Assembly (NCBI GenBank): GCA_000388065.2
Contig: KB932201.1
Strand: one strand, 5' to 3'
DNA: 10,621 bases
DNA from: Fonticula alba ATCC 38817
Taxonomy: Eukaryota > Protista > Nucleariida
In this document: one piece after another, positions 1 through 10,540 of the stretch
How positions within the stretch are numbered: the stretch's first letter is position 1
How the letters are laid out: the number at the start of each line of letters is the position of its first letter
Notes under the pieces: model-generated
What the model was told of the DNA's origin: nothing
The model's database searches: none
What the model saw: the letters and a program-made list of their open reading frames with translations, nothing else
Made by a program: the position numbers and the translations under genes

Positions 1-92
1 CCGCGCGCGCGGATGGGCCCACCCTCGCACGCCGCCATACATTCAGATCGACTTACCCACCTCCCCCTCCCCCCCCCTCGTCTTGTACATAA

Positions 93-131
93 ACACACAC
101 ACACACACACGCACGCACACACACGCACACA
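93..131. repeat. (CA)n microsatellite with CACG interruptions, upstream of NMNAT
   Basis: Seen directly in the sequence. Confidence 0.95.
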
Positions 132-169
132 TGTGTCGTACATCCATATAGCAACTCCTCCCAGCCACC

Positions 170-2164
170 ATGCCAGGTCAAGTGCCGCCACCCGGGCATG
201 CCGGTCACCGAGATGCTGCGGCCGCCTGCCGGACGGACATGCCGGTGGAGACGACCACGGCAGCCGCGGCGGCCACCACTCACAATGCCTCCGCCATGGA
301 CCTGTCTTCTCCGTCAAACTACCGGCCTCCTTCGCCGCATCTGAGCTCGAACTTCGCCAATTGGATTACCGCCTCCCTGGCGGCCGGCCCCGAGGGAACA
401 TGCATGACCTTCGCTCGGCTGGCGGCTGATGTTGTGGCACTGGGCCTGTCTCCGGAGCAGCTCGAGGCGGCCCTGGCCGCGGCACCCAACCAGCCGCCCT
501 TGGACATGCTGTACCTCCGGTGGCCGGGCTTCACTTCCGGGCCGTCGATGACGGCCACCGTCACCACCTCGGCCGGCCGGTCACCCGACTCGGATGCCAT
601 GACCCCCGGGGTCAGTGACCCCCGGCCGGGGACCCCGCCACCGGGCCACGACGTCGGGCCGAGCGTCGAGGACTTCGCCGCCGAGCGTGCCTCGTCTCCT
701 GGCTCCAACTACGGGGCCGGCGTCAAGCCGCTGGTCCTCCTGGCCTGTGGGTCCTTCTCCCCGATCACCAATATGCACCTCCGGATATTTGGTACGCCCC
801 GCGGCCGCTTCACTCTTGGCCGGCTTCTTGCTGGATGACCAGTCCTCTTCCCATGCCCTGGCGCCCTCTCCCCCTGCTGCTGCTGCTCCTCCTCCTCCTC
901 CTCCTCCTCCTCCTCCTCCTCCTCCATCCCCCTCTTGAGGAAGGCTCCCTTCTCGGGCGCTATGAGCTGACGTGTTCCCCTTCACCTGTGGACCTTGCTG
1001 CTGCGCTGCCACACCATTGCCAATGGCACAGAGATGGCTCGTGACCACATTCGCTTGAACCACCCCGAGCTGGCGGCCATTGCCGGCATCGTGTCGCCCG
1101 TCCATCCGGCCTACGCCAAGCCGAATCTCCTGGCCCCGGCCCATCGGCTGCGCCTCTGCCGACTGGCCACCGCCACCAGCGACTGGCTGGTGGTCGATGA
1201 TTGGGAAATGAGCCAGCTTGAGTGGACTCCCACCGCGCGGGTGCTGAAGCATGTTTACTCAACAGTCAACTTGAACATCCCGGCCGACTCGCCGGTGGAC
1301 ATCGGCGTCATGCTCCTATGCGGGGCGGACCTGATTGACTCGTTTAATGTTCCCGGCCTGTGGGCCGACGAGGATGTGCGTCTCCATTTGCTCTCTGTCT
1401 TTGTCCTCCTCGTTCCCTCTCTCTCTCTCTATCTCTCCCTATCCTCCCTCGCCCTTTTCCAATTTCTCTCCCTTGCCCTTTTTCTCCTTCTTCCAGCAGG
1501 AATGGACCGAACATCATCTAACACAACACGCCTGCCCATGCAGCTTGATGAAATCATCTCACAGCATGGCGTTGTGGTGATTGAGCGCCAGGGGACCGAC
1601 CTCAAGGCGGTCATTGCGGCCTCGCCCATCCTCTCCAAATACAAGGTACGTTTGTGCCGGTAGCATTGATACGCCGGGCTCTCTCATCTGCTAACCAGCA
1701 ACTCCACCCTCCATCCTCTTCCCTTCTCCTCCTCTCGTCGCTTCACATGCACCCACAACCCCCCGCCCCCCCCCCCCATCCATGCATACAGGATCGCTTC
1801 ATCGTGGTGCCACAGCTCTTGAACAATGATGTTTCCTCGACCAAAGTCCGGTGCGTGGCCTTATATTTGGGCTCCGAGACTCATGGAGAACCGACACACT
1901 GACACGCACACACACACACACACATACCCAAAAAAAACGCGCGCGCGTGCGTTCATCAACAGCGAGCTTCTTTCTAAACAGATGTCCATCCGCTACCTGG
2001 TCCCCGACAGCGTAGCTGAGTACATCGCTGAGCACAACCTGTTCAACCCGGCCGCCGCGGCCGGCACCAGTCCCCCCTCCTCGCAGAACACTTCACCGGC
2101 TCCATCCACAAGCCCCCCTCCAGCTGGCGCTGGTCTGCCGGCGGACCCCGGCTCGACAGGGTAG
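170..2164 (+). CDS. NMNAT: Nicotinamide/nicotinate mononucleotide adenylyltransferase, eukaryotic type; join(170..791,1032..1375,1544..1645,1792..1850,1963..2164); 442 aa from ATG170 or 400 aa from ATG296
   Basis: The spliced translation gives the family motifs in order: [106 protein letters not shown]. Four GT..AG introns (792-1031, 1376-1543, 1646-1791, 1851-1962) have phases that keep the frame; total 1329 nt. The start codon is ambiguous (170, 239 or 296). Confidence 0.95.
874..924. repeat. (CTG)4(CTC)13 trinucleotide tract in NMNAT intron 1
   Basis: Seen directly; it generates the spurious poly-Pro, poly-Leu, poly-Glu and poly-Gly ORFs in the track. Confidence 0.95.
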
Positions 2165-2186
2165 TGATCAGAAGGAGGCACACCTG

Positions 2187-2229
2187 CACACACACACACA
2201 CACACAGATATATATATATATATATATGT

Positions 2230-2262
<33 letters not shown>
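2187..2262. repeat. Compound microsatellite (CA)10-G-(AT)10-GTG-(CA)16 just downstream of the NMNAT stop
   Basis: Seen directly in the sequence. Confidence 0.95.
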
Positions 2263-2268
<6 letters not shown>

Positions 2269-2490
2269 AACACCCACACCTCACACCCATACACTACATC
2301 CCTTTCCCATAGAACATAAAAAAACAACGCGCGTGCATGCGCATGCGCCTTTAGTCATCCCTTGTCCTTGTCCCCATGCTTGGCCCTCGGTTTCTTCCCT
2401 CCCCACCCCCAATGCCAGGGCATACATGTATCTTCCCACAACACAAGAATACTGATTGTGCATGTTGATCCTTTTTGTGTGACTCGCGTC

Positions 2491-4272
2491 TCAAGCGGTC
2501 CGTGGCTTCTTGCGCACGGTGAGCGTGCTAATTGGCTGCGCGCGGGAATCGGCCGAAGCCGCCTCGGCCGCCTCCCGACGGAAGGTCAGTCGCACATTCG
2601 ATGTCGCAAGGAGGCACATGGGCCCAAGGGGGGGATCCGATTGATCGGATTGGTGGTCCAGCAGACCGGAGACTTGCCGCCAGAACCGGTCAGAGGCTGC
2701 TTCACATGCTTCGACCGAGGAAAAGTCCCCGGCCAGTGGGCTGGAGACCGGGGTGAAGTGCGGCAGGACTCCCAAAGAGGACAGATCCTCGACACCCAGG
2801 GGCCTGACGAGTGCCTGGCTGCCACCGTGCGGCTGGCCCTCTGACTGGGAGGACTGGAGGGCCATGACAAAGAGGACGGAGTCCCCGCCAGCCAGCACCG
2901 AGTTGATGGCCTGCTTCAGGGGGGGAGCGCGATCGGCGGCGATGGTGGCATTGGCCAAGGCGTCATCAGGGCCGAGGCGCTCCTGCAGTGGCTGTGACCC
3001 GGCGTCTTCCGGCCCACCAAACCAGTTGGAGGCCCAGGTGGCGTCCGTGGTGGTGCTGTCGCCCGGAGTGCTGCAAGCAAAGCCGATGCCCATCTTGGCT
3101 GGCAGGGTCCGACGAAGTCGCCTGCGAAGTGGATGTCAGCATTGGGCAAGAGGACACAGGGCAAGAGGACACAAGGCGCACATGGTCATCACATCGGGCA
3201 GCGCATGGAAGCACCGTCCAAAGCCCAGCGCGCCGATCTGCTCGACCAGCTTCAACACCTGTCCCCACCACTCGGCCAGGCGCTGATTCAGCTATTCGGT
3301 CAGTATAACAAGGGGCAGCGGGATCAGTCGACCTGAAAGAGGGAAGGCACGCACGATCGGGGACAGCTTACGATGGGTGGTTTGCTGTGGGCCCGGCAGG
3401 ATGGCGGAAGGGCAAACAATCTCGAGGGATTAGCTTGGGACTTGGCGTGGCCGGAGAACGTGGCAATGCGTATGCCTGTGTGCGGGTGTGCGGTTACATG
3501 CATGCATGTGTGTGTGTGTGATGCGCACCCGGAACTTGCGAGGATTTAGATCACTCTGAGGGAAGAGGTACCACGGCGCCGGTCGGGCGTGAACACGCAC
3601 GATCCGCAGGCCGAAGGCTGGCAAGGCACACGCCCCAATGAAGGCGGCCGTCAGGCCCTGGCAAATGGCGGACTTAAGCGCCGGCAGGACCGGCTCGCCG
3701 ACTGCCGTGGCAGGGTGCCCACACCCCGTGGTGTCGACCATCTCCAGGTGAACGAGACCCCTGCGCCCGGGAGAAGGAAGGAGGGAAGGCGGGCAAGCAT
3801 GTTAAATGGCGGTTGCCGGGGACCGGCTGGCCGATGATCGGGAGGCACGCGCGACGCACCGGTTGGGCGGGAATCGGCAGGCCGGCCCATAAATCCGCGC
3901 GGTCAAACCGGCAACCAGGGTGATTGCCGAGCCCGCGCCGGCCGCTTGCAGGGCCAGCACGGTCAGACGGAAGGCATCGGTGTCGGTAGGCTGCCCGGTG
4001 AGAGCACTCTCGGCGAATGACCCCCCGACATCGGGCGTGCCAGTGGCTTCAGCATGGCCGGCGGCGCCCTCGACCGGCAGCTCGGCCAGGCGAATTGGCT
4101 CGAAGACAAAGGCCAAGCGCACTTCGGCTGTGGCGGGCCCGGCGGCCGCTGGGACCACCGTTCTCGGGTGAACATCCTCCAGCAGCCGCGCAAAGAGGGG
4201 CACCATGGCCGCGATGAAGGGCAATTCCGCGGGGGCTGCAGCCGAGCTGGCCGGCACATCGCTGGAAGTCAT
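2491..4272 (-). CDS. RTT109: Rtt109-like (KAT11 family) histone H3K56 acetyltransferase; complement(join(2491..3121,3182..3291,3529..3760,3860..4272)); about 461 aa
   Basis: Splicing at GTGCGY..AG introns (3859-3761, 3528-3292, 3181-3122) joins four frames into one 1386-nt ORF. It carries Rtt109-like motifs in the right order: LVAGLTARIY, LVHLEMVDTTGC (yeast FVSKADTNGY), VHARPAPWYLFPQSDLNPRK (yeast FTRPASQYLFPDSSKNSKK), LAEWWGQVL (yeast LMKWWGFIL), RLGPDD (yeast LFPDD), LAGDFSSVEAC, and a basic C-terminal tail TLTVRKKPR (yeast LKPRKKAK). The exact start and the exon 2/3 junction are less certain. Confidence 0.8.
3144..3173. repeat. Perfect 15-bp tandem duplication GGGCAAGAGGACACA x2 inside the 60-nt third intron of the Rtt109-like gene
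   Basis: Units at 3144-3158 and 3159-3173. Confidence 0.95.
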
Positions 4273-4595
4273 GCTGTGGGCTTGGCAGACGGGGGGCGGT
4301 GTCGATCCAGGATGCGGTGGTGGTGATCGGAGGGAGGAGGGGCAAGGACCAGGGGGGGGGGGGGCGGAAGGGCGAGGGGCAACAGGGAAGGGCTGAGCGG
4401 AGGGCCAGCCACAGGGTAGTGGGGGGCTTTTGGCCGGCACAGCGGGCTGGGGCCTTGTGAGATGGATCGCGACTGGTCAGGTCGATCCATTGGGACCTAC
4501 CTTGGCGGGAGACCGCCCAGTGGACGTGCCCAAAAATGGACGCATCTTGGACCATGCATCCACCCTCCCAGGGCGAGGCTCTCCCAGCACCCCCC

Positions 4596-4611
4596 NNNNN
4601 NNNNNNNNNNN
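4596..4611. other. Assembly gap (16 N) within a poly-C tract
   Basis: N run flanked by C5 on both sides. Confidence 0.99.
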
Positions 4612-4632
4612 CCCCCTCCACGCTCCTACACA

Positions 4633-4638
4633 TATAAA
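4633..4638 (+). promoter_or_regulatory. TATAAA, a possible TATA box of the orphan gene
   Basis: Perfect TATAAA about 135 nt upstream of ATG 4774 in otherwise GC-rich DNA; no TSS data. Confidence 0.3.
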
Positions 4639-4654
4639 CACATACACTCGCACA

Positions 4655-4714
4655 CTCGCACCCGCACCCGCACCCGCACCTGCACTCGCACTCGCACCCG
4701 CATCCGCACTCGTA
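4655..4714. repeat. About 10 copies of a degenerate hexamer (consensus CYCGCA) upstream of the orphan gene
   Basis: ctcgca cccgca cccgca cccgca cctgca ctcgca ctcgca cccgca tccgca ctcgta. Confidence 0.9.
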
Positions 4715-4773
4715 GCACATCTTGCCGGCTCTGCCCCACCCTCCCTTTAGACGCGCGCATCCCCACGACCGCA

Positions 4774-5677
4774 ATGATGACCGAAGATCTGGCTGCCCGG
4801 CTGGCGAAGATCCGCGCAGGGCTGACGGACTTCATGGTGGCGCCCAGCCCGCCTACGCCCCCGCCCGCGCCTCCTCTGCCGCCTTCACTGGCGGAGGATC
4901 TGTCAGCCCGCTTGCAGGCACTTTTGACAGCCGTCTCCAAGCCGGAAGTCCTACGTGGGCTGGCCTTCCTGGCTCTCCTGTTTGTCATCGCCCTGGGTGC
5001 GTCGGCCCTTGGGGACTGGCTGTCTCTTGCTCGTGGCCTTTGGCTTTTGCACGCGCGCCCCCCCCCCCCATCGGCACTTGGTTCTTACCATCCCATGCAC
5101 AGCCCTCACGGTCGCGCGATTCCGCCGAGGACCACCGGGTACCCCCGTCGGTCAAACTCCGACCACCAGCAACAGGCACCCTCCAGTGGCCCCGGGGCCG
5201 GCTACCGAGACCCGGGGCCCTGCCGATTATCCCCCCTCCACCAGGTCGCCCGGCTCCCTGCAGCTGAATCTCACGCCCGAGGCGATGGCCGCCCTCGCAG
5301 CGGCACCGACTCGCGCTCCAGCGCAAAACCTGAATGTCACGCTGATGGGGCCAGCAGTGGAGGGTCTTCGGTCGCGGCGGCCCCATGCCACGTCGCCCGA
5401 TGCCACCACCGCCACCGCCGCCGCTCCGGCTGCCGCTGCCGGAGATCCTCCCTCCAGCAAGGGGTGGAAGCCTCTGCGCCAGGTGCTCGGAAAGGGCAGT
5501 CGGACCGACCGTGTCTCTGCCAGGGAGGAGCCCAGCGGCGAAGCATCTGTCAACGGTGGGACATCCGATGCATCGGTGCCGGGCCATGCCTCTCCCCGAT
5601 TTGTCCAGGGCTTGGGTATTGTGGTGTCCGGACCGAGCCCCTCGCGCCTGAAGGCACACCAGGCCAGCAAGAAGTAG
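4774..5677 (+). CDS. Hypothetical single-pass membrane protein, Pro/Ala/Thr-rich; join(4774..4996,5103..5677); 265 aa
   Basis: A phase-1 intron 4997-5102 (GTGCGT donor, C12 run, CTTAC branch-like motif, CAG acceptor) joins two long ORFs in frame. It rebuilds a continuous hydrophobic helix GLAFLALLFVIAL|ALTVA followed by RFRR. No family recognised. Confidence 0.65.
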
Positions 5678-6302
5678 TACCGGCCGCTGCCTGTGCCGCC
5701 TCCTGGAGAAGGTGAAAAGCTGCCAGAGAGGGTGGGAGAGAAAATAGAAAGCCAACCTCCACGCCGGGTGCTACCACGCCGCCCTGGGACAGAAGAAGAC
5801 AGGAAAAGTGGAAAGGGAGAGGGCTGTATATTGGCCGCGGAAGGGGGCACAGTTGAGGGGAGAGTGCGAAACATGCATGCACACGCGCGCACGCACGCAT
5901 ACACACACGCACACACGCACACACCATCATCCAAAGCCCCTTGGAAGAGAGGGCACACAACCGGCCCCCGCCCCCAGGAGAGCGAAGCAGGCGGAGAAGC
6001 AGATGGTAGCGATATCGCACAAGCAAGGGGGAGGGGGGGGGTGGGGAGGGGGATTTACCCGCGAGCGTTTACAAACGCCAGCATGGTGGATTGAGGAAGG
6101 AGGAGAGCGAAGGAGGAAGTACAAGGGCAAAGGAGGGGAGAGGGGGAAGGGGGGGGGGGCCAGGGGGGCGAGGGAAGCAGGCACCCACGGCCCCGGGCTG
6201 ACGCGCACGCACGCACACACATCCACACCTCCGGGGGAGAGAGAGAGAGAGAGGGGGGAGGGGGGGCATGCGCGTGCTCCACATGCGCAGCAGACGGGCA
6301 CT

Positions 6303-8534
<2,232 letters not shown>

Positions 8535-8892
8535 TCAGCTGGGGCTGCGGAAGGTGGTGGGGAGGAGAGGGGCGATGCAGGGGGGGGGGGGCAAAGCCGA
8601 GGAGAGGGAGGAGGGGGACAGAGGGGGGGGGGCGCGTACAAACGCGAACTAGAAATAAGACAAGGGCCAATTCCGGTTGGAGGGTAGGCAAGAGCCAGCT
8701 CGGCCGGAGGGGGGACATAAATATGTTTCCGCGGCCCCCTCCCGCCCCCTCTCGCCCCCTCCCGGTCCTGCTCTCTCTGTCCCGCCCTCTCCCGGCGGGG
8801 GAACCGCCAAGTTCCAACAGCCCGGAGGCGGGAGGGACTCCGGGCAGGAAGGCCCGCGAGGATGGCCGAAACATCCTGCCCACCCATCCGGG

Positions 8893-8907
8893 CGAAAAAT
8901 CGAGAAG
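8893..8907. promoter_or_regulatory. Heat-shock-element-like nGAAnn(A)TCnnGAAn about 410 nt upstream of the HSP60 ATG
   Basis: cGAAaaATCgaGAAg: three correctly phased pentamers with one mismatch to the HSF consensus. Confidence 0.3.
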
Positions 8908-10438
8908 GCGGGCGCCTGGAACTGGAGAAGTATCGCCCCCCCCGCCCCCGTGCTCCGCGCCCCCCTCCTCTGTGTCGTCGGACGCATATAGGACATTCGG
9001 ACTTCACAAAAGAAAAAAGGAAGACCGGGAGAGGCGACAACTGGGCCTCTGTGGGTCCGGGCGAGCGGCACGCGCGGGCACGCATGTACAGGCGTACATG
9101 CAGGGAGCGTGGGCCCCTGTCTCCCCCCGCCCCCGAGGGGGCACAAAAAAGCCCTGGCAAAAGGGGAAGAAGTGCCAGGGAGAGAAGACGGCCGCACGTG
9201 GGACCACCGGCACCGGTCTCTGCCCAACACGACAGGGAACATGCAACACCTCCCGTTCACCCCCCCCCCCTCCCCCCCCCCCGCCCCCTCACCCCACCCC
9301 GAAGCATTGGGGGGAAGGAGGACCCCTCGGCTCGTCTCGCTCCATCGCGGGACGCGGATTTCTCTCGATGCTCCGGGGCCCCGGCCAAGAGTGGAGATGG
9401 ATCTTTCTAGATTTCCCGAATGGCATTTCGATACAGGCGCATGGGTACTGTGATCAGTCGCGGTGTGATTGGAGACTTCTGATCACGCCCTGGTCCGGTG
9501 GATCTCGCAGCGCCGAACGGGGCGCACCCCCCCCCCCCCCGGGCAGAGACCTGGCGGGGCCGTATCGTCCGCCGTATTGACCCTTGGGGAGGGGGGGGGG
9601 AGGCCTCTTCAAGTGAGCATCCGTGTGTGGCAAGCACATCCACACATCGGCAAGGTGCTACAGAGGGGGGGCGGGGGGCGGGGGGCTGCCGGAGTTGCTG
9701 GCCGTCTCCGCCGGGCGAGAGGATGTCTGGGATATGCCTCTTCTGGCGGGCCTGTGCCCTGCTTGAGGGGGGGGGGGAAGGGAGCGCTTGCCCCGGGCTG
9801 GGGAGCGGGGAGGGCAAATAGCCAGAACTCTGTATATTGTTATTTATTTCCCGCGCAGACACATATACCCGCCCTGCCGTCCGTGGATGTACCCGTGCGC
9901 ATATTCATGGCCAAAAGCACGGGGGGGGGGGGGGGGGAGACCGGTGTTTGCGCCCGCATTTCGGCTGTCGGCCCATCTTGCGAGGGACGCCTTTTTCACA
10001 GGCCCAAGGGTCTTGGGCCCTCCGACATGGGGCCGGAGAGCGGGGCCGGGGACGCGGCAAGCCACTTTTCTTTGACGCTGCCGGGCGGGGCAGGGGCTGG
10101 GAAGTCCATCCGGACGCTGGGCGACCGAAACAGATGCCCGGATGGGTCCCTTCGCCCCGACCCCCCCCCGTTCGGTCCCTTTAGTGTGGGGAGGCGTTCG
10201 ACTCTCAGCGGACGTGCCCCCATGGCTCACACTGCCCCGCGCCCCACCGGTTCGGTCGTCAGGGCGGTGCGATCATTTTGAGGAGCCCTGCCCCAGCTGC
10301 CGGGGCCGCCGCGCCGGCCCGGATACCCCCCTCAGCGCGGCGTATCCTGCCCCTCCCTCTTCTCTTTTGTCCCCCCCCCCCATTCTCCCTTCCCCTCTTT
10401 TTCCCCCCCCCCCCCCCCCCCTCGCGCGCACATACACC

Positions 10439-10540
10439 ATGTCCCTCTTCGGTCTGAATCCCGGCGATCTCAGCATCCACCTCGACACCCCGGAGTCTTC
10501 GATTCCCGAGGTCGAGCTGAAGAACAGCAAGGGCCACCTC
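10439..10540 (+). CDS. VPS26: First coding exon (34 aa, MSLFGLNPGDLSIHLDTPESSIPEVELKNSKGHL) of a probable retromer subunit Vps26; the gene continues past the window end
   Basis: ATG after a C-rich leader, ending at a GTACGT donor at 10541. The peptide resembles Vps26 N-termini (human MSFLGGFFGPICEIDIVLNDGETRKMAEMKTEDGKV), but only 34 aa are visible. Confidence 0.55.

Noticed and set aside
3182-3205. ALPDVMTMRL as the equivalent of Rtt109 FPDDPKARF
   Set aside because: It is too close to the WW motif (about 24 aa versus about 65 in yeast). It aligns better with the [IV]PG.D segment, and GPDD at 2973-2962 fits the spacing better.
3292-3475. Extra candidate exons inside Rtt109-like intron 2 (acceptors at 3476 and 3333; GTAAGC and GTGCGT donor-like sites)
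   Set aside because: The tested combinations give in-frame stops or phase mismatches; the direct 3529^3291 join keeps motif spacing within about one residue of yeast.
3556-3600. Perfect-looking 45-nt in-frame intron (GTGCGT...CCCTCAG) in exon 2 of the Rtt109-like gene
   Set aside because: Splicing it would delete VRVHARPAPWYLFPQ, the best-conserved acetyl-CoA-binding motif; treated as exon, although a minor inactive isoform cannot be excluded.
9040-9070. ASVGPG peptide resembling Hsp10 VAVGPG
   Set aside because: It is isolated in low-complexity sequence, with no other Hsp10 motifs or compatible exon structure.
9450-9486. Box C/D snoRNA-like TGAT...CTGA with a terminal stem
   Set aside because: Only 37 nt, with an imperfect box C (TGATCA); too short for a snoRNA.
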